From Lepidodermella squamata (lineage: Eukaryota; Animalia; Gastrotricha), in NCBI GenBank assembly GCA_047495785.1, contig JBLDXI010000026.1, forward strand, positions 558,001-622,000: a stretch of DNA of 64,000 bases. Direction: 5' to 3'. The notes under the pieces are model-generated. The model saw only the letters and a program-made list of their open reading frames with translations, did not search any database and was not told the origin of the DNA. Position numbers and translations under genes: made by a program. Position 1 is the first letter of the stretch, and each line of letters starts with the position of its first letter. Of this stretch, positions 48,337 through 60,324 are shown one piece after another.

Positions 48337-49632
48337 TCAAGTCAGATTGAGCGCAGAAGATGCCGCACTAAAGACTGCCATTCTTTGAGACATAATTGAC
48401 ATAAATGAAAGTAATTCCTTACGGATCACTAGAGTCTGTTGGTAGCATTTAGAGAAGAGCTCCATCTTCTTCCTAGTTTCCTCCACATCGCCAATCGATC
48501 GAGAGGACCACAGCATTATTAGAGCTTGGTACATTTCCTTCTGTAGATTTGTAATCCGTTCGCTGATTCTAGGATCGTCAACTATCAATAGACAAAAGTT
48601 CGTTCACAGCAAGTAAAATAAGTAAAAATTAATTACTATGAAAGAATAAAATGCCCATTAACAGAGAGCTTTCCAGGTAAGAAGGGTTTAATTGTGCCAG
48701 ATATACAGATAATTGTTTGCATGCCGCAACTGTTCTCTGAAGATATTGAATCAGAATTAATGCGCTTTATAGAAAATACTTTAGTACTTGGTATTCAGGA
48801 AAAGCTTGGGCAGAAATTTGAGTCGCCTGTTCACACATTCCGAGGTTGGCTGAGGAGCTGCCATTCGGCAGATTGTGAAACAGGGCCTTCACATGAACAA
48901 CACTCGTGGATTTCAATTCTTCCAAATCTGCCTCCGTCAGGCTCAATCGAGCTCTCATATTCATACCTTCAGAAGAATTTTTCCGGCGAGGCTAATAAAA
49001 TAACAGCAAAGCAAACCTCTGATCAGCTTGCCATACCCTTCGCATATCATTGACTCCATAACGGCCTGCTGGAGACCTAAATCAAGTACGGTTCTAACGT
49101 CTTTGATTTCAACAGTAGGTCTTTTCAGCGGCAAAAACTCGAGGCCTTGGAGCGATGGATAAGCAGTCGCAGCCATGTTCAACGCATTTTCAGCTCGAAG
49201 GCATAGTTTAGTTTGCGGATTCGAGATGATTGACATGGGTGATAGGTTGCTACCCTCCGAGGCAGATGACACCTGGTCACTAGTGGATTCTGCAAAACTC
49301 GTATTCCTCAGACCTTTAGCCATGAATTTGCCTTGATTACAAAATTCATAAAAATGTAATGAATTATTCGAATTAGTAGCCTTACTTTGCATTCCTGCCG
49401 CCAAGCATTTGTCGAAACGGCATTTAGCGCAGAATTGGCCTTTTAAACGGCTGTTCAGAATACATGGCTGGTTTAGAATTCCGGTTTTCGCCTTCATGCA
49501 GATCAGCTTTTCGTGCTTCTCGCAGTGCCGTCGGAAAAATTTCTGGCAGGCTTCGCACACCGATGGTTGATAATCTTTGCGGCGAGGAACGACCGACTTG
49601 CAAACTTTGCAAAGGACAGCATTAGGAGTCAT
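48337..49632 (-). CDS. Atypical nuclear-receptor-like gene copy 9
   Basis: CKVC-x14-CEACQKFFRRHC; ALFHNLPNG; LNPSYLESSLLMGILFFH. Confidence 0.85.
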
Positions 49633-50037
49633 TATTTAGCTAAAGCCTACGAGCACATGAAGTCATTTGTGAGTTGTGAGCTTGCTGTGTGTGAAAAATC
49701 GATAAGAGACGTGAAAATTAGGAATGAAAAGGCGGGTAGAATGACAATGACTAAACAAAGTTGTGCAAAACACGACAGTCACTAGTAATGTGCAATGGAG
49801 AAAATACGCAAAATAACTAGAAGCTTCGTCGATTAGACGTCGATTAGACATCGTAAATAAAAAGAACGCATGAGTTAAACTGGAGCGTGCTTTCGAAATG
49901 AGTACTGTTAATGATATTGCTATTTTGATTTTTTGTTCGATTGATACCAGCCTTTCATTCATAAACTCTATTTTTTGTTTACTCACAACTATACTCATCG
50001 ATTCAATGCCCAATTTTATGAATTATTGAAACGCAGC

Positions 50038-51317
50038 TCATTCGAGTACAGCAGCGGCTGAGCTGAAAGCCGCGACATTAACCGAAAGCTGGTACATCGA
50101 AGCCAAAAGTTGCTTGCTAACTAGCAATGTTTGCTTGTAACACTGAGAAAAGAAATCCATCCTTCGTTTAATTATGGAATTATCAGAGCTGCTATGTCTA
50201 GCCGACCAGACCATTCTCAGCGCCCTTAAGAGCTGATTCTGAAGAAATGCAGTTGAGTTTTGCCGTTTTGACGTTTTGCCATCCTCTGATGATTAAATAA
50301 CAAAATTCTGAAATTTCGCGCAATTGTATGAAGCTTACTGTGAAAGAAAAGTATGCCAATCAGCAGAGCTGCTTCATCAAAGGAAGGATTCCATTGAGCC
50401 AAGGTTGCTGACAAAATTTGGCAAGACAGGAAAGCTTCCTTTAAGAGTAGTAGGCATCAAAGCATAATGAATTATGAACCTATCGATAATACCTCGAAAT
50501 CGGGGAATGCACCAAGATACATTGCTACCAACTCGTTTGACAAGCCGAAAAAGGTCGATGGACAGGTATTTGGTAGATTGTGATATAAAGCTTTTATATG
50601 GATAACGCTCGACGTTTTCAGCTCATCTAAATCTTCGTTGGGTATGTTTAAGCCGTTGGCGGCAGCCAGATCTGGAATTTACTCTCAAGCTGAACCTTAA
50701 GGGCTAAAAAATCATAAAATCAACTCACGGCAGAAAATTTGCCCATACTGAGCACACATCATTGTTTCAGTCATGAGTTGCTCAATTCCGAGTTTCAGCA
50801 GTAGGTCTATGTCACCAACGGCGGATTTTGGCCTCTTTAAAGGGCCTGCCTCCAAGCCATGGAGAAAGGTGAATGCCTTGACAGACATCATCAGGGCTGA
50901 CTCGGAATTGGTTAAGGCAGTAAAGGATGGCTTTGTTAGTTTGCAAATATTTGATGTAGCCGAAAAGTCATCACTAGAAGATTCGGCATGGAGTTTACTC
51001 CTCGGACGTTTAGCCATGAATTTACCTTAATTCCAATTGCTTTTAAGGAGTTAATCGTTTAAAGTAATTGACCTACTATGCATTCCTGCAGATAAGCATT
51101 TGTCGAAGCGGCATCTCGGGCAGAGTTGCCCTTTCATTTGACTGTTGAGAGTGCATTGTTGCTTTCCTGTAGTAGCCCTTAAGCAGGACAGCTTTTCGTG
51201 CCTCTCACAGTGTCGCCGAAAAAACTTCTGACAAGCTTCGCAGGTCGATGGTTGGTAATCCCTCCGTCGTGGAACAACCGACTTGCAAATTTTGCAGTTC
51301 ACAACAGTGGAAGTCAT
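50038..51317 (-). CDS. Atypical nuclear-receptor-like gene copy 10
   Basis: CKIC-x14-CEACQKFFRRHC; AFTFLHGLEAGPLK; WNPSFDEAALLIGILFFH. Confidence 0.85.
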
Positions 51318-51678
51318 AGCTTTCAAAGTTCAGTCTGATAAGACATTAAGCTATTTGTAAATGCGTGAACTATATGTCTGTAAAAAATCCATAAAGAGTT
51401 GAGAATTTTGAGCGAAAAAAGCATGCAGAATGTCATTGACAAATAGGTCTTGCAATACAAGATCGCAAATGATATCTGGGCACAATTTCCAGAGAATGTT
51501 GCAATGCAAAAAATGTGAAGCATAATATAATTGCCGAAGAAACTTATTCATAAATTGCAAATCAGTTGTTCAGTCACGTCAAGGCACTCTTTAGATTGTT
51601 TCTTTATTCATTTGCATTAAAGCATATATCGATGTAAGGGCCATATTAATCATTAATCGAAAAATTCAGAAACTAATT

Positions 51679-52971
51679 TCATTCCAGTACGGCAGCGGCG
51701 GAGCTGAAAGCGGGGACATTTGTCGAAAGCTGGTACATTGCCGTCAAAAGTTGCTTGCTTACTAATAATGTTTGGCTGTAGCACAGAGAAAGCAAATCCA
51801 TTCTTCTTTGAATTTCGAATGAATCAGAGCCACTACCATCAGCGGACCAAAGCAATCTGAGCGTCTTTAAAAGCTGCTTCTGAAGGAAAGCTGTCGAACC
51901 TCCTCGTTTTGACATTCTGCTATCCACTGATTAAAATTCAAGAATTCGAGAATTTCACTCATATCCTGTAAATCTTACTGTGAAAGAAAAGTATGCCAAT
52001 TATCAGAGCAGCCTCGTTGAAAGAAGGATTCCATTGAGCCAAGGTTGCTGACAACTTTTGGCATGACTCGAAAGCTTCCTATTAATATTATAAATCATAC
52101 AAATTCTACTGATAACTAAGTTTCGCCATGTTTTACCATGAACTCGGGAAATGCCCCTAGGTACATTGATACCAACTCATTTGACAAGCCGAAAAAAGTC
52201 GATGGACAGGTATTAGGTAGATTGTGGTACAAAGCTTTTATGTGGACTACACTCGAAGTTTTCAAATTATCCAGGTCATCTTTTGATATTTTCAAGCCGT
52301 TGCTAGCAGCCAGCTCTGGAATTCACCATTAACATGAATCCTTTTTAAGACTCAACTGAAACCACTTACCGCTGAATAGTTGACCATATTCAGCACACAG
52401 CATTGTTTCAGTCATGAGTTGCTCGATTCCGAGTTTCAGCAGGTGATCTATGTCTCCGATTGCTGCTTTCGGCCTCTTTAATGGACCTGCCTCCAAACCG
52501 TGAAGAAAAGTGAATGCCTTGACAGACATCATCAAAGCTGACTCGGCATTTTGTAGATCAAAGGAAGTTGGCTTAATCGGGACTACAGAGTTTGCAATTT
52601 CCTTCTCATCTTTAGGTTCTGGAGAATCATAGTTTTTAGCCTCTTTGATTACTGTCATCGATTTGCCTGGATAAAATAAAAAGAATTCGAGTTTAAACGA
52701 AGATTTCAATGTCCTTACATCGCATTCCAATGGCGAGGCATTTGTCGAATCGGCAACGTGGGCATGAATTCCGTTTGCCGGCAACAGCTATGATGCACGG
52801 TGATACGGCCTTTACACCGTACTTCATTGTATTGAGGCAAATCAACGGCTTCTTACTAACGTGGTGACGGCGGAAGAATTTCTGGCACGCCTCGCAAACC
52901 GACGGCTGATAGTCGCGTCGACGAGGCACAGGCGAAGAGCAAACCTTGCAGAGGCTTGATTTGCGCTCCAT
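51679..52971 (-). CDS. Atypical nuclear-receptor-like gene copy 11
   Basis: CKVC-x14-CEACQKFFRRHH; LBD very similar to copy 10, but DBD and hinge are not. Confidence 0.85.
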
Positions 52972-53344
52972 TCTGCAACAGATCGAGTACAAAAAGGGAG
53001 TGAGCGTGTGACCTAGCTCAGTTTGCAGTATTGCAATTCGAGCAGCATTAGGTTGTCATAAGATAATTACTATCATCTGAACTGATGTGCGTGAATCGCC
53101 TGCAGTATGCAAATTCAATCGATAATTGCTTCAATACTGCTGTCTAGCATCTAGCAGGTCAATATTCAAGGTGTCGGAAAGCGTGCATATTCTGTAAATA
53201 TTACGCTTTACACTAACTGATCCAGTTTCTCCAATTAAAGATGGGCCTGCTCATTTTTTGTTTTTCACATTGAGAGCGCCGGATAGAGCTAAGTTATTTT
53301 GACATTTAATTTTATTACCATTTGATCAACTTATCAACGCCAAG

Positions 53345-54599
53345 TCAGGCTAAATTTAGAACGTTTGACAGCGAACTGAACGCATTCATTTGCCGTGATA
53401 ACTCAGCTACAACAGACAAGAATTCTTTTCGGATTCGTAAAGTGAGGTCATAGCATTTTGAAAATAATTTGATCTTTTGGCATGTCTCCTTTGCATCGCC
53501 AGTTAATCTAGAGGACCATAACATGAGCAACGCCTGGTACATTTGCTTTTGTAATCGGATTATCCGATCGCCCATCTTTGGATCATCAACTAGATACAAA
53601 CGTGTCAGTATTCAAAAAGCAGTGAAAAATCGCAAAAGTACCGTGAAAAAATACAATTCCTAAAATGAGCGAGCTCTCAATGAAAGACGGATTTAATTCA
53701 GCTAAACAATCTGCCAAACGGCTGCACGCAAGGAAGGTTGGCTGTAAAAATAATGAATCTTAAGCAATATGGGAAAAGTCGTCAAAATTGCTCACTTTGA
53801 ATCCAGGAAATGCCTGAATAGCAATGCTTGCAAATTGATTAGAAACGCCAAGGGTAGAAGGCGGACTGCCATTCGGCAGACTATTGAAAAGAGCCAACAC
53901 ATGGATAACACTCGTCGACTTGAGTGCATCCAGGTCGGCTTGCGTAAGACACAATGAATCGATTCCTATACATTTTCTACAAAAGCTGGTTATGATAACT
54001 ATAGTTAATCAAACCTTTGAAAAAATTCCCATATTCTTCACAGATCATCGACTCAATTGCGGTTTGTTCTAGGCCCATCCTCAAAACCGTTCCTATATCA
54101 CTGATCTCCGAGGCTGGTCGTTTCAGAGGTACCAACTCCAGTCCGTGGAAAGCAGTAAACGCATTCATCGCGTTCAAAATCATTGCTTCAGCTTTCGATC
54201 CTTTGTTAGTTTGCGGGTTATAGATAATTTTTGCAGGTGGTCGAATTAGTAGGGAATCGTACTGACGCACTGTGCCGACATTTTCCAACATGAATTTACC
54301 TCAACGACATAAGGAAAATCAATGTTATGTCGAGTTTCAGAGAATATCAGCTTACTTCGCAATCCTGCAGCTACACATTTGTCGTAACGGCATCGCGAGC
54401 ACATTTGACCTTTTAAATGACTGGCCAACTTGCATGGCTGATGGGTCACATCCTTGCCTTTATCCTGTACACAGACCAGCGCGTGAGGTTTTATGCAATG
54501 GCGTCTGAAGAATTTTTGACATGCCTCGCAAACTGTTGGCTGGTAGTCTTTGCGTCTAGGAACGAAAGACGTACAAATTTTACACAGGACAGGAGGCAT
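53345..54599 (-). CDS. Atypical nuclear-receptor-like gene copy 12
   Basis: CKIC-x14-CEACQKFFRRHC; ALFNSLPNG; LNPSFIESSLILGIVFFH. Confidence 0.85.
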
Positions 54600-54931
54600 T
54601 TTATTCGAGGACGATAAGTTGTTTATAAAGCAAGGCACCCTGAAAAATCGATGAGGAACAACTAAAAAACATGAGAGAATGGCGGATGAGCTGCTACTAC
54701 TAAGTCAATAGAAGAATCCTCTCGTTTTACAAAATACGGAGCAATCAGATAATGATGCGAAGTTGAAAGAGACTCGTTTCATCCAATATATATCAACATC
54801 AAATAGAAATTAGAGATTAGAACCCGGTCGTTTGCTCAATTTCCATTATAGCAAACCAAGGATTTTATTTCTGAGAAAACCGAATTGATTTGCATGCGCA
54901 CTATATGTTGCCATGTTGTTAGCATAAATTG

Positions 54932-56214
54932 TCATTTTAAATTTAGAATTGTTGACAGCGAGTTGAAAGAATGCATTTGCTGAGATAATTCAACTACAAG
55001 AGACAAAAAGGTTTTTCTGATTCGTATAGTAAGGTCATAGCACTGCGAAAACAATGCTATCTTTTGGCTTGTCTCTTTTGCATCGTTATAGGCCCATAGC
55101 ATGAGAAGCGATTGGTACATTTGCCTCTGCAATCGGACGATCCTTTCAGCCTTCTTCGCGTCATCAACTGAAAGAAACAAACATGAACTATCCGAGAATT
55201 GAAGCTTGTAGAAGTTACCTTGAAAATATATCATTCCCATAATGAGTGAACTCTCAATAAAAGACGGGTTTAACCGAGCGAGGTAATCAGCCAATCGGCT
55301 ACATTGGGCATACAGTGGCTGGAAGTAAGATGCCATGTTGCCATGGTTAAAAAAACGAAAACGGCTTACTTCGAAACCCGGGAAAGATTGAAGAGAAATT
55401 TCCTTTAATGAGTTAGATAAGCCTAGCATCGATGGAGGGCTCCCATTAGGTAGGCTGTTGAAGAGAGCTTTCACATGAACTACACTCGTCGATTTGACTG
55501 CATCCAAGTCGTCTTGAGTAACACACATTGGTTCAATTTCTACACAATCTATTAATTGCGGATAATTTACTCATTAACAGGCCCTACCTTGAAAATAATT
55601 GCCATATTTTTCACAAATTAGCGACTCCATCGCGGTTTGTTCCAGTCCCAACCTAAGTATTGTTTCAATGTCACAGATCTCCGCGTTTGGTCTTTTCAGC
55701 GGCATCGATTCAAGGCCGTGAAATAAAGGGAAGGCCTTTGCTGTGCACAACATCATAGATTCAGCTTTTGAACATTGATTCGTCTGTGGATTGGAGATTA
55801 TCGCAGGAGGTGATGGTGCACAGTCGCTCGAGGAATCAGATAACGAAATTGGGGAGCTTGAACGTCGTCCGGCACATGTCCTCGCCATAAATTTACCTTG
55901 AAAAAGAGAATTATGACAGCATTTTTTCAGGGATGACGGGATCTAGGATTACTTTGCAATCCTACAGCTACGCATTTGTCGTAACGGCAAAGCGGGCACA
56001 GTTGGCCCTTTAAATGGCTGGCCAACTTGCATGGTGAACGGTTCTGGTCATCGCCTTTCTTGCCTTTATCCTGTACACAGACCAGTGCTTCAGGTTTTCC
56101 GCAATGGCGCCTGAAGAATTTTTGACACGCCTCGCATACTGTAGGTTGATAGTCTTTGCGCCGAGGAACGACAGACGTGCAAATTTTACACAGAACAGCC
56201 GCGATAGGAGGCAT
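54932..56214 (-). CDS. Atypical nuclear-receptor-like gene copy 13
   Basis: CKIC-x14-CEACQKFFRRHC; LNPSFIESSLIMGMIYFQ. Confidence 0.85.
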
Positions 56215-58347
56215 TTTTATTCGAGGAAAAAGTTATATTAATAATGAGAGGCTATAGGGTGCGACACCGAAATTAAAAATCGATGAATCAATGAATGGCA
56301 ACAGTGCACTACCAAGTCTGAGCACGATAATTCTTTCGGTTAATGGGTCCTAAAAAAAATACGAGCAATTTACAATCTATATGTCACGAGTCGTGGGTAC
56401 TTTTTTGATACGAATTTTAGAAAACAAGGTAATCAAGGTTAAAAATATTGGTAAATAATCATGTTTTGTGTTTGCTGGTCCTGCAAGCAGTGTGCGAAGT
56501 AGGATCCGGGAACTGAGGTGTTTTCTCGGTTTATTCGGCACCCAGCCCTCAATTTTTGTTGAGAAAAGAAAATACTAAATTTGGATCATCGACTATCTAG
56601 CTAGCTGAAAGTAAATTAAGGGGAAATCTTACGGCATTACCAAATTGCATTCAATTAAATAGCTAACCATTTTATTCGGTTATTTAACTGCGGTTATGGG
56701 TAGGTCACGATTAGGGTGAGAGGCTGTGACTAGAAAAGGGGGATTTGGAACTGATTGGAAAAATTTGGAACAGAATCCAATGATGATTGGAACTGAATTC
56801 AATAGTTTCGTAATGAATTGATAATTCACTATATCCATGAATTATTTGAACTGTCCGAATGAGGACAATTTGCGAGCGTGCAGAATTTTGCAAATTTTAT
56901 AGAACCGCTAGAATTATTGCGAACCTCGTCCCAACTTTTCCAAATTTAACCCAATCAGTAAATTAGGAGTTTCTTTAACTCGTTTTCTTCAAAAGACCAC
57001 GCATGTAGAAGACATGAAGTAAGGAAGGGGTAGCCAACAATAACCTGAAATATAGCGGATTCACGGAAGAACGCCAGCGTTTATAGCAATGAGATACGAG
57101 ATACCTACTTGTGAGAGAATATCGTTAGCTTCGTTGAACAACTCGTATTTACAGTTGTTTACATCAGTTTAACGGTATAAAGGTCACGTGATAAATCATC
57201 TGTTTTTGCTTCGTCATTTACGTGTAAAAAACAACGCTTTTTACTTGTCATCTTCCACCGTGAAACTACCGTAAAAAGTATAAAACCGAGTTCAACAACG
57301 CTAACGATATGGGAGGAATACACTGCTTTACGGAAAATGAAGCTAAGCGAGAAGCTAAGGGCGAAGTAGAAGAGGAAATCGGCGACAAATAATGTTCTGA
57401 TCTCAAGGACAAACCTCATTAGGCCCAGATGCTTTTCCGGAAAATTATAGCTAGTCTGAGTAAGGGTTCGAGCGAAGCTTATTACAAAATAGTTATTGAC
57501 GATGGAAATGTATGTAGCCTTGAAGTATTACAGATAGCCTCTGTATTTCATTGATACTTTTGATGGAGTATAGGAATCCGAAAAATGAATGGGAATGAAA
57601 ATGGAATAGACAGACAGTTAGCAAAATATCAAGACACGCGTTCTATCACGCGTGAGACAGGCGAGACCGCTCTTGAAAACAGAAAACAGGTCAATCGCCT
57701 ATAAACTAGATAATATCAGACTCGATTTGCTCAGGGCACTATAGAGGGGACTGGCATGAATTACTGCACAATAATGGAAAACAAAGGGACAGGTGAGTAT
57801 TTTGATTCAAATTATACACAAGAAAAAAGTCGTTCATTTACCGAAAGAATGAGTTAAGATAAATGTTTAAAATCGGATACTTCGGAATTCACAAGCGAAA
57901 ATTCCACGCCCATTGGGGTGATTTTTGTTCTGTTGAAGAATAAATTGTTGAGCTCATCAATATTGCAGATTTGTGAAAGCTTATTATGTGGGCAGGGAGG
58001 AATTATGGGGCGCATTAGAAGAAGTCGGCTTAAGGCAAGATCTCATTGACAAAATAAAATGCTCCGTATAGAGACAGCATTGCTAAAGTGTGCATAAATT
58101 TCAGCGCATAACCTTTGCTTTCGAAACCGCACTGTGATGTCCCTTGAAATAGATAGCACTCAGTTAATTATTGATATTTTTGCAGCACGATATGGCTGAA
58201 AATTAATGTCCCGAAAATCAAGTTTGTAATTGTTAATGAAAATAACTGCAATCTAGCTTGTGCAATTTTAGGAACTTTTATTTCAGAGCAGCCTTCCAGT
58301 ATGCATGTTTATGTTTTGTTGTCATATCGCAGTTCATGAGCATGAAT

Positions 58348-59617
58348 TCACTTAAAATTCAAAACTTTTGACAGCGAGTTGAAAGAATTGAACTGCTGAG
58401 ATAATTCAGCTACAACAGACATAAATTCTTTTCGAATCAATATAGTGAGTTCATAGCATTTCGAAAACAATGCCATCTTCTGACAGGTCTCCCTTGTATC
58501 GCCAGAGGACCACAACATGAGAAGCGCTTGGTAAATTTGCCGCTGCAATCGGACAATCCTTCCAGCCACCCTCGCGTCGTCAACTAAAAGAAGCAATCGT
58601 GAACCTTTAAAGAGTTAGACCTAGAAAAATTACCGTGGAAGAATATGGTTCCTAAAATGAGTGAACTCTCAATGAAAGACGGGTTCAATTGAGCGAGACA
58701 ATCAGCCAACTGGCTGCATGCGGCAAACGTTGACTGGAGAGTAAAAACTACATTGCCATAACTAAGAAAACTAAAACCGCTTACCTTGAACCCCGGGAAA
58801 GATTTAAGGGCCACTTCCATAAATGAGTTAGACACGCCTAGTGTCGAGGGAGGGCTTCCGTTAGGTAGGCAGTTGAATAGAGCTTTCACTTGGACAACGC
58901 TTGTCGATTTGAGCGCATCTAAGTCATTCCAAGTAAGGTACATTGGTTCCATTTCTGCAAAACCCGTTTATTGCGAAGAATATTCCCATTATCAGGCCAT
59001 ACCTTTGAAAAATTTGCCATATTTTTCACAAATTTTCGACTCCATTGCTGTTTGTTCAAGGCCTAATCCAAGTACCTTTTCGATGTCATTGATCTCCGCG
59101 TTGGGTCTTTTCAGCGGCACCGATTCAAGGCCGTGGAATAGAGTGAAGGCCTTCGCTGCGCACAGCATCATAGATTCAGCTTTCGAACATTGATTGGTTT
59201 GTGGGTTCGTGATTATCGTACGAGGGGATCGCGCACTGCCAGGGGAATCAGACAACGACGCTGGGGAGCTTGAACATTGTTCGACATGTGCCTTCGCCAT
59301 GAATTTACCTTGATACAGATAAGAATAGCATAATTTTTAGGAATCGCGGGATATAGGCTTACTTTGCAATCCAGCAGCTACGCATCTGTCGTAACGGCAA
59401 AGCGGGCACAGTTGGCCCTTTAAATGGCTGGCCAACTTGCATGGTGAACGGTTCTGGTCATCGCCTTTCTTGCCTTTATCCTGTACACAGACCAGTGCTT
59501 CAGGTTTTCCGCAATGGCGCCTGAAGAATTTTTGACACGCCTCGCATACTGTAGGTTGATAGTCTTTGCGCCGAGGAACGACAGACGTGCAAACAGAACA
59601 GAAGCGATGGGAGGCAT
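58348..59617 (-). pseudogene. Atypical nuclear-receptor-like gene copy 14, 7-bp frameshifting deletion at the first DBD cysteine
   Basis: Relative to copy 13, TTTTACA is missing after position 59593 (plus strand), giving MPPIASVLFARLSF...; downstream exons appear intact. Confidence 0.8.
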
Positions 59618-60324
59618 TTTTACTCGAGGAAAAGTGTCGGATAATGAAAGACTATAAGGTGCTATATCCTAATACGAAATCGATGCATTGATGAATGACA
59701 TCTGAGCTTTTATATTACTACATAATTTAATCCTTTCGTTCGTGGACATGTCGTGGACATAAAAAATAGCGAGTGCCTAATCGATGTCATGAGTGTTTTT
59801 TTAAATTAATCAATTATATTTGGCAGCGTAAGGTTTTTCGGTTACGGTGAGTGTTAAGGTGAATGCCGGTTGCTAGTGTTAGAAGAGGTGAGAAGACAGA
59901 AATAAACTTGAATCACGGCGGAGTTGTGGACCCCGGACAGGAGTAATAAGCGGATAAAAGCAGAAACAAAAGGAAGGAACGTGGAGAAGAATAGAACGTA
60001 TAAGCAAGAGTGTAGCGGAAAAGAGAAGATTAGTTCACGAAGACAACGAGCGGGCCCTATCATCAGCTGAAAGAAACAACATTCAACCTTTCAAAATCGA
60101 TCTTCGAGAAATCACCATGAAAACTTTCAGTGAAAGGCGCGGGTCCAGCTAAGCGAGGCAGTCATCCGATCGGCTACAAGCGTCAACCGTTGACTGGAGA
60201 GAGAATCCACATTTCAATTGTTCTTCTTTTGCCCATGATAGTGAGATCAATCATATTTGTTTACCAGCTTAGATTATAGGGTAATTCATGAATTTATTAA
60301 CTAAACCTATTACCGCCGCCGAGG

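Noticed and set aside
48961-49632. Apparent intronless DBD-hinge ORF in receptor copy 9
   Set aside because: The conserved post-DBD intron is present and simply lacks an in-frame stop.
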